Source: Desulfobacterales bacterium (lineage in GTDB: Bacteria; Desulfobacterota; Desulfobacteria; Desulfobacterales; UBA2245). From it: a DNA stretch of 64,000 nt. A program made the position numbers and the translations under genes. Below the pieces are notes generated by a model that was not told the DNA's origin, did not search any database, and was given only the letters and a program-made list of their open reading frames with translations. Positions within the stretch are counted from its first letter, which is position 1, and every line of letters begins with the position of its first letter. Of this stretch, positions 1-8,233 are shown piece after piece. Location of the stretch: assembly GCA_040771865.1 (NCBI GenBank), contig JAXGZF010000007.1:186001-250000 (forward strand), in the 5' to 3' direction.

Positions 1-456
1 TATTCCGGTTCTTTCCACAATCCTCTATACGCCTTTTGTGTCGCAGATTCCACGGTCCATCATGATCACCTTCGAAGGCAGTTCGGATGCCATATAGTTG
101 AGATTTTCAACACGACTGCCTTCCTTGTAGAATTTAAGAATTCACTTAGCAGACTTCAACTTCCTGATCGTGAAGTATTGTTTGTGGATAGTTGCTCAGT
201 CCGATATGATAAGGGTGAAATTGGGGAGTACCCAACGGACGATCATGATCGGATATACTATACACAAAAACCACCAGATTTTGCGTCAGATTGCGAATGG
301 AGGGTAGTTATAGCCCTGGCAGGTCCGCTCAAGGAAGCACCTAAAGAGCTATTCCTCGACCTTGCGAATCCGAAACTATTCTGCCGACAGATGTCCATTT
401 ATCAAAACCCTGCACCAACTGCGCAAACAGCAAGCGCCAATGGGGTTTTGCCTTGA
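1..456 (+). CDS. hypothetical gene-cassette protein, 5'-partial (frame 1 is open from base 1)
   Basis: Frame 1 has no stop from 1 to 456 (YSGSFHNPLYAFCV...QKPPDFASDCEWRVVIAL). The K-x-x-x-F-x-x-x-x-E-W-R motif resembles DUF2971-type cassette proteins (inference). Confidence 0.6.
   Translation, partial: YSGSFHNPLYAFCVADSTVHHDHLRRQFGCHIVEIFNTTAFLVEFKNSLSRLQLPDREVLFVDSCSVRYDKGEIGEYPTDDHDRIYYTQKPPDFASDCEWRVVIALAGPLKEAPKELFLDLANPKLFCRQMSIYQNPAPTAQTASANGVLP
397..450 (+). other. degenerate attC-like site (left half)
   Basis: ATTTATC-aaaac-CCTGCACC resembles R''(RYYYAAC)-spacer-L''. AAAACCC...GGGGTTTT inverted repeat; no intact GTT R' box. Confidence 0.4.
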
Positions 457-526
457 CAGGCATCTTGGGGACTTTAATTATCTAAATAACTTGAACGATT
501 CCCCTGTCTGAGGTATTTGAAAACCT

Positions 527-682
527 ATGCCAAGATCAGCCGGATTTGATGCGCCCGGGATTCTGCACCACGTGATAATCCGGGGAATTGAACGCCAGGA
601 CATTTTCCGAAATAAAGCGGACAAGGAAGATTTTGTCGACCGGTTGTCTAAGCTTGTCCCCGAAACCCCGCACTTTACTTAA
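527..682 (+). pseudogene. N-terminal fragment of REP-associated tyrosine transposase (RAYT / Y1_Tnp-like)
   Basis: Hand translation gives MPRSAGFDAPGILHHVIIRGIERQDIFRNKADKEDFVDRLSKLVPETPHFT*, the typical RAYT N-terminus (MPR..R.D.PG..HH...RG..R..IF....D). It stops before the HUH motif. Confidence 0.8.
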
Positions 683-727
683 TATCATCTTATCAGGGCA
701 AATTGACCTGATAATCAATGGTTATGC
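677..727 (+). other. short attC-like recombination site
   Basis: ACTTAAT (R''-like), TTATCAGGGCAA/TTGACCTGATAA hairpin, then GTTATGC (R'). GTTATGC is near-complementary to TCATAAC at the end of the next cassette. Confidence 0.6.
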
Positions 728-740
728 ATAGTAAATAATT

Positions 741-1574
741 ATGAAGTGTGACAATCCAAGGATATTTGTAGATACGGCAATTATAAGATACGCGGCAAGT
801 GTAAAACTTGTTCAATCTGCCAAATTGGAAGAAGGAACCATTACTTCGAAAAATGGAGAAAGCAGAGGTGCAACGTTTCTTGTCTACAAAAATGAAGTTA
901 AAGAACCAAATAAATCCGACATAAGTCTTGAAAGAGAAATATCTGCCATAAGAAAAATTGCAGAATTAGCCCTTAACGGAAAAATAGGTCTCTTTTATTC
1001 GCATGAAGTAAATTTAGAATTGTTGTTTCAGCCAGAAGTTGATTTGGCATTTGGAAGAATGATGGGAGCACCTTGTCACATTGTTCATTCTCCGCTTCTG
1101 AAAATGACACCGGAAAACTTTAACGAGAGTGATGAGTCTGAATTTCCATTTAAGTTTTGGGGAAGCGACACAGCTAATGATGATAGTAATGTTTATGAAA
1201 AGATAAAGAATGAATTTTTTAGGCTTCCAGTTGGCTGCTTCCATTCAAGACTAAAATTTAAATCCGGTATTATTGGGCTTCGGGAAACTCATGGGTTAAA
1301 CGTAAATGCATCGAGATTCATGTTCCCATTTCTTGAGTTAATTGACAACATAAGGTTTAAGGAAATATTAAAGATACTTAATGTTGGTTCTGTTCGTGAT
1401 GAAAAGAAGAGAAATAATCTTTACATAGACGCTTATCACTTATGGTCCGCAGAGGAGTCAAAATGTGAATATTTTCTTACAACAGATGGACCTTTGCTTA
1501 ATCAGTTCAAGGGTAGTGTCACTGAAGCTATTAACCCGACCAATTTGCTGGCTTTGTTAATGAACCGAGTATGA
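741..1574 (+). CDS. cassette protein with PIN-like nuclease motifs
   Basis: 277 aa, AT-rich. N-terminal IFVDT and C-terminal DAYHLWSAE...YFLTTD match the PIN-fold acidic pattern. Bounded by attC sites. Confidence 0.6.
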   Translation: MKCDNPRIFVDTAIIRYAASVKLVQSAKLEEGTITSKNGESRGATFLVYKNEVKEPNKSDISLEREISAIRKIAELALNGKIGLFYSHEVNLELLFQPEVDLAFGRMMGAPCHIVHSPLLKMTPENFNESDESEFPFKFWGSDTANDDSNVYEKIKNEFFRLPVGCFHSRLKFKSGIIGLRETHGLNVNASRFMFPFLELIDNIRFKEILKILNVGSVRDEKKRNNLYIDAYHLWSAEESKCEYFLTTDGPLLNQFKGSVTEAINPTNLLALLMNRV

Positions 1575-1590
1575 ATAAATACAGTAAAGC

Positions 1591-1665
1591 TCATAACACG
1601 GCGCTAAACCCGGCCACCCAAAGTGCTGACGCACTTTGGGTGGCCGGGTTAGCTGAGCGTTATAC
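1591..1665 (+). other. attC site (integron cassette recombination site)
   Basis: TCATAAC (R'') acggc GCTAAACC (L'') CGGCCACCCAAAGTGC-tgac-GCACTTTGGGTGGCCG GGTTAGC (L') tgagc GTTATAC (R'). Perfect 16-bp stem and one extrahelical base in L''. Confidence 0.92.
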
Positions 1666-1682
1666 GGGGGAAAGACTCACGC

Positions 1683-2420
1683 ATGAAATGGGAACTGAAG
1701 GAACTCGAAGATGCTGTTCGTGACGTCCACGGTGACCAGTACGCGGACGCAATCCACGAACCCCTTCAATCGTTTAGCTGGAAGAGCGATATGGCCAACT
1801 TCCACGCATGTGAAGCCGAACAAATCCTCAAAGAGGCTATCGTCGCTACGCCAAAAATCAACGATCACGACCCACCTGCGATCTCCACTGCCAAGGCAGT
1901 GATGTTGGCTGCGGCACCTGGTGACGCCGGGCAACACTTGCGTTTAGCACGATTCAAAGCAGAAGCTCATATAATCGCCTCTGCGCAAGCTCTGCATTCA
2001 CTGAGCGATATTTTTTGCCACGTCGTCTACTGGGCATATCAACTGGACAGTGTGCCAAATGCTCTGGCAACAAATCGTCTGAATCTGCATTCTACGCTCC
2101 GTACACTAAACACCTTGCCGCAATACGGCACTACAGCATCGTTGATTCAGGCCGTTGTCGACGCGCCAGAGTTCATATATCTCGCTGCGTATGTAAATAC
2201 CACAAAGCACAGAAGCCTCGTTCGCGCGTCAATGTCTGCTTCGTTCGTCCCGAAAGAGCGTGGCGGAATGCGGATCAAGGAATTTGTTTATATCGATCCA
2301 GTTGGCAACCAGCACTGTTTTAGTAGAAAGTGGGCTTATGATTTTTTGTTTCCGGAAAACCAATCAATACGGCTCAAGCTTGTGGCTGCGGGCAACTCTT
2401 TAAACGACCACTTCAGATAG
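1683..2420 (+). CDS. cassette protein, helical, possible HEPN (Cthe_2314-like) domain
   Basis: 245 aa between attC sites. YLAAYVNTTKHRSL resembles the HEPN (R/N)xxxxH region (inference). Confidence 0.55.
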   Translation: MKWELKELEDAVRDVHGDQYADAIHEPLQSFSWKSDMANFHACEAEQILKEAIVATPKINDHDPPAISTAKAVMLAAAPGDAGQHLRLARFKAEAHIIASAQALHSLSDIFCHVVYWAYQLDSVPNALATNRLNLHSTLRTLNTLPQYGTTASLIQAVVDAPEFIYLAAYVNTTKHRSLVRASMSASFVPKERGGMRIKEFVYIDPVGNQHCFSRKWAYDFLFPENQSIRLKLVAAGNSLNDHFR

Positions 2421-2424
2421 AGTC

Positions 2425-2534
2425 GCATAACTTTGCAATGAATCGGACGGCGCAACCACGTGTTCTTTTCAGATCCGTGGTGAAAAATTAGAGTCCGTGG
2501 CAGCCTCGCGCCGCCGGTTATCGCCACGTTGCAT
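2425..2534 (+). other. attC site
   Basis: GCATAAC (R'') ... ATGAATCGGACGGCGC pairs with GCGCCGCCGGTTAT ... cGTTGCAT (R'). Begins 4 nt after the stop of the preceding ORF. Confidence 0.82.
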
Positions 2535-2548
2535 TGGGAGGCTACAGA

Positions 2549-3184
2549 ATGATTTGGCTTTTTATAGCGATAATTACAGCGGTGATCATTTATTTCATTT
2601 TGAGAAAGAGAAAAAGTTACCAAGCAGGCCAAGCAGGCCAAGCAGACCTCACAATCCTGCCTGAGCGGTTCGTTGTGTTTGACCTTGAAACCACTGGTTT
2701 GAAGCCAGAGTCTCATGAAATCATTGAAATCGGAGCTATTCGCGTAAATCGGGACTCTGATAACCACGATACATTCCAAGCATTGGTTAAGCCCACCAAG
2801 AAAATCCCGAAGAAAATTACCGAAATCACGGGCATTACCCAAGATATGGTTGAGAAGGACGGTGATCCCTTGGAAATACTTCTGCCCCAATTTCTAGAGT
2901 TTGTCGGCGACCTTCCGCTCGTATCCTATAATGCTGAATTTGATATGGCGTTTTTAACAGCCGCAATGAAAAAAACACAAGTCGGCAAACAGATCAACAA
3001 TCGTGTTTCATGTGCATTAAAGATGGCACGTCGAGCTTGGCCTGGCCTAAAAAGCTATCGCTTGTCTGATCTTGCAAAAATTGGCAACTTGTCTGATGAG
3101 GATACTCACCGTGCGCTTGGTGACTGCAAACGTACGATAATTGTTTATACAGCGGCCGCAGCCGAGCTGAAAAGTGCAAGATAG
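2549..3184 (+). CDS. DEDDh (DnaQ-like) 3'-5' exonuclease with N-terminal transmembrane helix; gene cassette
   Basis: GGGAGG RBS before ATG 2549. ExoI VVFDLETTG, ExoII YNAEFD and ExoIII HRALGD are present. Hydrophobic MIWLFIAIITAVIIYFIL followed by RKRK. Confidence 0.9.
   Translation: MIWLFIAIITAVIIYFILRKRKSYQAGQAGQADLTILPERFVVFDLETTGLKPESHEIIEIGAIRVNRDSDNHDTFQALVKPTKKIPKKITEITGITQDMVEKDGDPLEILLPQFLEFVGDLPLVSYNAEFDMAFLTAAMKKTQVGKQINNRVSCALKMARRAWPGLKSYRLSDLAKIGNLSDEDTHRALGDCKRTIIVYTAAAAELKSAR
2621..2647 (+). repeat. 9-bp tandem repeat x3 (CAAGCAGGC) encoding QAG-QAG-QAD linker
   Basis: caagcaggc caagcaggc caagcagac read directly from the sequence. Confidence 0.85.
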
Positions 3185-3193
3185 ATAGATGAA

Positions 3194-3275
3194 TACTAAC
3201 AATTGGTACGCATTCACGGGGTTGAGTAGCGATTCCAACTGCTTGAAATCGCAAAGCGTGAATCTTGGGGACATC
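3194..3275 (+). repeat. truncated attC start (TACTAAC) fused to a REP-like palindrome
   Basis: TACTAACAAT follows the exonuclease stop. Nested inverted repeats ATTCACG/CGTGAAT and GCGATTCCAA/TTGAAATCGC, then GGGACATCC. Confidence 0.5.
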
Positions 3276-3558
3276 CTATATCCTCTCTGTCAACACAATT
3301 TTTAAAAATAAAAAAGGAATTAAAATTCAATAAGATATAAATTGACGCGATTTTTGGGCGCACTTCTCCTGTTGTTTTCTGGCGATGATTCGACGAGTCT
3401 CTCGTAAAAAGGAACCCTGCGCCTGATCGTTACGTTTATCCGGCATATTCCCTGATGGCAGCGGAATCGCCCATCATCCCTTATCCAGGCTACAAGGTTC
3501 AACGAGAGGCCCGAATATGACTACCTCTCTATCAAGATATGCGAAAAATTTTTATAAT

Positions 3559-4893
3559 TTATCCCGACACCTCGGAATTTACCAGACCGTATCCGTGCTC
3601 GCTGTGCAAAGACCGGTCAAGCCCCATGAGTTCCCTGGATTCATCAATTCTAAACCCAACGCTTTTTTCCACGACAAAGTAGATGACAAAAGTCCCAGTT
3701 GCCGCGAGGGCGATGGTCGCCCCCATTCCGGCGAGTTGAATTCCGAGCTGATTCCAGGATGACCAGGAGCCTCCCGCGGCCAGGGCGGCCTTGGCCATCC
3801 AGCTGTCGCGGATAAAAAAGCTCAGCAAAAGCACGCCAAGGCCGCTGCCCACGGCATGAATACCAAAGCAGTCCAGGCTGTCGTCGTAGCCGAGCCGCAT
3901 TTTCATGCGAAGCGCATAAAAGCAAACCACGGAAGACAGGGCGCCGAGCGTAATCGCGCCGACAGGCTGCACCACGCCGGCTGCGGGTGTAATGACGACC
4001 AGGCCGGCCAGAATTCCCGAAACAAGACCCAGCGAGGTGGCCTTTTTAAAGATGATCGCTTCAATGATCAACCAGGTCAGAGCGCCGCTGGCGGCCGAAA
4101 CCTGGGTCATGGTCAGGGCCCTGGCGGTTTCCAGTCCGCTTTGCACCGTCGATCCGGCGTTGAATCCGAACCAGCCGACCCATAAAAGTCCGGCGCCCAT
4201 CAGCGTCATGACCAGATTGTTCGGAGACATGGCGGTTTTCGGATACCCCCTTCTCGCACCCAGCAGAATGGCAACCACCAGGGCGCTGACGCCGGCGGAC
4301 ACATGAATTACCAGGCCGCCGGCCAGATCAATAACGCCGGCAGCCCCCGCGTTGAAAAGCCATCCGTCCGGCGCCCAGACCCAGTGGCACAGCGGGCAGT
4401 AGACCAGCAAAAACCACAGCGAAATAAAAAAGATGTAGCCGCGGAAATAGACCCGTTCGGCCAGCGCGCCGCTGATCAGCGCGGGAGTGATGATGGCGAA
4501 TTTCCCTTGAAACATGGCAAGAACATACTCGGGAACGATGCCTGAAATCGCATCGTCGATTCCTTTGAGAAAAAAGTAATCGCTGTTCCAGCCCACCCAC
4601 CCGCCGAGAATGCTCCGGCCGAACGTCAGGGAATATCCGCACACCACCCATAGCACCCCGATCACGGCCATGGATGCAAAACTGTGCATCATGGTGCCCA
4701 GCACGTTCTTGGTCCTGACCAGACCGCCGTAAAACATGGCCAGGCCCGGAACCATGAGAAGCACCAGGGCGGTTGACGTAAGCATCCAGCAGGTGGTTCC
4801 GGTATCCACGGCGTTCTCGCCGGCCCAGACGATTTGCGGGGTGAATATTGATAAAAAAGCTCCAAGTTTAACAGCTGCCGCCGCTGGCCTCAT
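3559..4893 (-). CDS. amtB: ammonium transporter
   Basis: 444 aa with PGLAMFYGGLVR, DLAGGLVIH, GLLWVGWFGFNAGS and DDSLDCFGIH Amt motifs. Confidence 0.97.
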   Translation of the reverse strand: MRPAAAAVKLGAFLSIFTPQIVWAGENAVDTGTTCWMLTSTALVLLMVPGLAMFYGGLVRTKNVLGTMMHSFASMAVIGVLWVVCGYSLTFGRSILGGWVGWNSDYFFLKGIDDAISGIVPEYVLAMFQGKFAIITPALISGALAERVYFRGYIFFISLWFLLVYCPLCHWVWAPDGWLFNAGAAGVIDLAGGLVIHVSAGVSALVVAILLGARRGYPKTAMSPNNLVMTLMGAGLLWVGWFGFNAGSTVQSGLETARALTMTQVSAASGALTWLIIEAIIFKKATSLGLVSGILAGLVVITPAAGVVQPVGAITLGALSSVVCFYALRMKMRLGYDDSLDCFGIHAVGSGLGVLLLSFFIRDSWMAKAALAAGGSWSSWNQLGIQLAGMGATIALAATGTFVIYFVVEKSVGFRIDESRELMGLDRSLHSEHGYGLVNSEVSG

Positions 4894-4952
4894 GCCATAC
4901 CTCCCGAGTCAGTTTCGTTTTTTTGAATACTGATGTGAAATTATTCTAGTAT

Positions 4953-4968
4953 AGCAACCGACGTGCCA
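4953..4968 (-). promoter_or_regulatory. sigma54 (-24/-12) promoter of amtB
   Basis: Minus strand TGGCAC-GTCGG-TTGCT matches the consensus TGGCAC-N5-TTGCW, about 60 nt upstream of the ATG. Confidence 0.88.
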
Positions 4969-5162
4969 TCGGCCATATCGTTCCATAAACCATTATTTTA
5001 ACGATACTTTAGCATCAAACGACCCGTATCGTTCCCATGCAGAACCAGACAATTTTGTAGTTGAACACCCCGCTTTTTTACATTTTTGAATTTACAGACA
5101 GCCGTTGTGACAATTTTACAATTTGAATTTTGGCAAATTTTGTATTCAAACCCGGACCACCT

Positions 5163-5201
5163 GAAAAGACAAACGGCCACTGCGGTTGCAATGGCCGTTT
5201 G
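5163..5201 (-). terminator. intrinsic terminator after the subtilase gene
   Basis: CAAACGGCCA...TGGCCGTTTG stem followed by TCTTTTC on the minus strand. Confidence 0.75.
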
Positions 5202-5237
5202 CGGAATTGATTTCTTTTTCAAGACAGTTTTGGGTTC

Positions 5238-7007
5238 TTACCAGCTTATGGTAACGCTGTTTGAGCACCTTGATGTACCGGATTCACATACCTGGTAGGT
5301 AACCGTACCTGTTTTGCCAAGCGGGCCGTCGGTGTATGACCCGTCGTTATCCGTTGTGACAAGCGGGCTGCCGTTGCAGTAAACGTCGACATTTTCTGAG
5401 TTCGCTCCGCTCCAGCTCAAATCGGCATATCTTAAGTTTTTAACCTTTCGAAGAACCACGCTCAGTTTAATCTCATTCCCACTGACGCCGGCAACCGTGA
5501 TGGTAATGCTGTCGCTGCCGGCAAGGCCGCCGGAATCGGTTCCCGAAGCGGTGATAACGTGCGTACCGTCGCTGAGCACTGCGCCGAAGGAGCCGCCTGT
5601 GCCGATTTGACCGTCCAGATCGGATATCCAGACCAGGCTGCCGGTCAGGGTTCCGTCTTCGCTGTCAGAAGCCGATCCGGCAAAGGAAATGCTTTCGCCC
5701 GTCTCGAAAGAAGCACCCTCGGTTGGGCTGGTGATGACGACAGCGGGTGGATTATTTGCCGTTCCGCCCATAGGGATCAAAGTGGGGGCAAAGGCGCTCA
5801 CATCGAGCAGCCTTTCCTCTGTTCCATCTCCGGAATCATCTGTCCAATTCAGGTTGCCGGCATTGATAACCTGATGGTACAGTGAGAAAACGTCCGCCGC
5901 ATTTTGGGGCTTATTAGCGCTTGCCAGCAACGCCAGCGCGCCGGCTGCGTGAGGGCTGGCCATGGATGTACCGCTGATGGTCCCATACCCCCCTTTCTCT
6001 ATCGGATAGGTTGACAGGATGCAGACGCCGGGTGCGGCGATGTCAACGGCCGCGCCCCAGTTGCTGAAATCGGCCAGGGTGTCATCTTGGTCGGTACGGC
6101 AGGTCGGCGCAGCGCCGCCCCCTGGCAGGCCATTAAAATCCGCCAGAGCGCTGACGGTCAGGACATTGTCGAAAGCGGACGGGCTGAAATACAAAGCATC
6201 AGCATCGGAATTTCCGGCGGCCACGGCAAAGGCCACCCCCTTATTGACAGCGCCCTGAATGGCATCGTACTCGGCCTGGTTAAAGCCGCTGCCGCCCAAG
6301 CTCATATTGGCCACTTCGATCTTATCGGCATTTGCGGCCACCCAGTCGATACCGGCAACAATCCAGGAGCTATACCCGCTGCCATTTTGATCCAGGACTT
6401 TTACCGCCCAGAGGCGCGCACCCGGGGCAACGCCCACCACGCCGAAATCATTGTCAATCGCGCCAATGGTCCCCGCCACATGAGTGCCGTGATAATGGTC
6501 GTCATCTCCTCCGGATACGCATTTAGTTCTGATCGGATTACCGGTGCAGGTCACGCCGCCGACCACGTTCAGATCGGGGTGCTGAAAATCCACGCCCGTG
6601 TCGATAACGGCCACGCCGACGTCAACCCGGAAATTATCGGCGCCGTCCATACCGATGTTTGGGTTGGCGTCGGCGAAAATGCGCTGAATGCCGGTGGGAA
6701 CGGTCTGTTCAAATGCATACCTCAAATCATCGGTCGCCACGTACTTGACCTTGGGATTCCGCTTCAGGCCGGCAACCGCCTGTGCAGGCACACGGATGGA
6801 AAAACCCTTCAGCGCGTGTTCGTAAATGAAGCCGACTTGCCCCCCGGCCTGCCCGGCGATTTCGCTGGCCGCCGCTGCGGGAGATTCTACACTCTCGTGG
6901 AGAACGACGATGTAGCGTTCCTGTTCAGAGGGTGCCGCCGTCGCTGCCAAGGTTACGCTCAACAGCAGCGCCAAGACAACAAATAGGGTCCGTGAAATGC
7001 GTTTCAT
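5238..7007 (-). CDS. secreted S8 subtilisin-like serine protease (signal peptide, I9 prodomain, C-terminal Ig/PKD-like domains)
   Basis: AGGAGGT RBS before MKRISR. Catalytic motifs DTG, HGTHVAG and GTSMASPH are present. Confidence 0.95.
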   Translation of the reverse strand: MKRISRTLFVVLALLLSVTLAATAAPSEQERYIVVLHESVESPAAAASEIAGQAGGQVGFIYEHALKGFSIRVPAQAVAGLKRNPKVKYVATDDLRYAFEQTVPTGIQRIFADANPNIGMDGADNFRVDVGVAVIDTGVDFQHPDLNVVGGVTCTGNPIRTKCVSGGDDDHYHGTHVAGTIGAIDNDFGVVGVAPGARLWAVKVLDQNGSGYSSWIVAGIDWVAANADKIEVANMSLGGSGFNQAEYDAIQGAVNKGVAFAVAAGNSDADALYFSPSAFDNVLTVSALADFNGLPGGGAAPTCRTDQDDTLADFSNWGAAVDIAAPGVCILSTYPIEKGGYGTISGTSMASPHAAGALALLASANKPQNAADVFSLYHQVINAGNLNWTDDSGDGTEERLLDVSAFAPTLIPMGGTANNPPAVVITSPTEGASFETGESISFAGSASDSEDGTLTGSLVWISDLDGQIGTGGSFGAVLSDGTHVITASGTDSGGLAGSDSITITVAGVSGNEIKLSVVLRKVKNLRYADLSWSGANSENVDVYCNGSPLVTTDNDGSYTDGPLGKTGTVTYQVCESGTSRCSNSVTISW

Positions 7008-7411
7008 GCCGTTACCTCCTTTGGTAGAACCAAGACGTTCTTTCAAACCACTCGAAAACAAAAAGATATTCGGAATTTCAAATGGATGCTGAGCAAAAAT
7101 AAAACCAAAAAATTAAAAGAGCTTTTCTTTTTCCGTTTGGAAAAACAGAATGTTATCAGGATTTTTAATAAAAATACGCCAAATATTTGTTTTTTTCAAT
7201 ATGATAAACGGAAGGGATGCCCCGAATGAAGTGTTCCGAAGGGCTTCCAATAAAAAGGCCGCTTGATTGGATAGTGGATTGAGAATCAAAAGACGTGACA
7301 CAGAACTTTGAATACTCCCGGTTTTGCTGGCTCAGCTTTCAATTCCATTGACAGGCAAAACCGGTTTCCAATAATTCTGAGGTCGGTCGTCAATAGCGGA
7401 CACCAAAGCCT

Positions 7412-7880
7412 TCATGCTGCACATCGTTCTTTGAAATATTTTTTCTCATAAGCGGCAGGTGAAAGGTACCCAAGTCTTTTCTGAAGCCTTTGGCGATTGT
7501 AAAAGATCTCTATGTATTCCGAAAAGTTTTGTCCCAGAAGATTCCCGGCAACCGGAAGCGAATGGTTTGAATTCGTTGTGACTTTGAATTTTTTCGTCTG
7601 CTTGCATCTCAAGCCCAGTTTTTGGCGTAGCCGTTTGATCTTATGGACGCCAACATAAATGCCATGTTCCGCAAAATCGGCTTGCAGACGCTCGGGGCCA
7701 TAGGTCTCCCGGTTTCTCCTGTGAGCCGCTTTGATTTCGATCTCGAGCCGTGCTTCCTCTTTCCGGCGTGGTGATTCCGGCTGTCTCAGCCAGGCATAGA
7801 ATCCGCTTGGTGAAACCTCCAGAGTCCGGCAGAGACGAGGTACGGAATGCTCTGATCGAAGTTGCTGCTGTATTACCGCG
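7412..7880 (-). pseudogene. IS3 OrfB lacking the DDE core
   Basis: N-terminal LCRTLEVSPSGFYAW...YGPERL...TTNSNHSLPVAGNLLGQNF is joined directly to C-terminal EYIEIFYNRQRLQKRLGYLSP. Confidence 0.88.
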
Positions 7881-8187
7881 TACTGGGCAGCGACTCCCTG
7901 GCAAAGTACGCGGCGGCTTTTTTTAAGATGTCGCGCTCCTGTTTTACCCACGCCAACTCTCTTTTGACGCGGGCAAGCTCTTCCTCGACATCTGTTAAGG
8001 GACGTTGATTGCCTCCAATAGCATCAAGCTTCCCGGCATTGAAAGCGCTCACCCAGTTTTCAAGGGTTGATTTCGGCAAGGAAAGTCGATGGGATGCTTC
8101 GTAGGCAGATATGCCCCCTTCGACAACCATCTTTACCGCCTCGATACGAAATTCTCTTGAATATCGGCTAATTGTTCTTTTTGTCAT
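7873..8187 (-). CDS. IS3 transposase OrfA (HTH)
   Basis: RYSREFRIEAVKMV...ERDILKKAAAYF, typical OrfA. Confidence 0.92.
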   Translation of the reverse strand: MTKRTISRYSREFRIEAVKMVVEGGISAYEASHRLSLPKSTLENWVSAFNAGKLDAIGGNQRPLTDVEEELARVKRELAWVKQERDILKKAAAYFARESLPSTR

Positions 8188-8233
8188 GTTGACACCTCCG
8201 TTTATTGGGATTTAAACATTGGTGTCCGTTTTT

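Noticed and set aside
1..3300. CRISPR array or integrase gene in the hairpin-rich region
   Set aside because: The hairpins differ in sequence and are separated by whole genes; no tyrosine-recombinase motifs or cas genes are present in the window.
5105..5121. NifA UAS upstream of amtB
   Set aside because: Spacing is TGT-N9-ACA, not N10; kept only as a generic palindrome.
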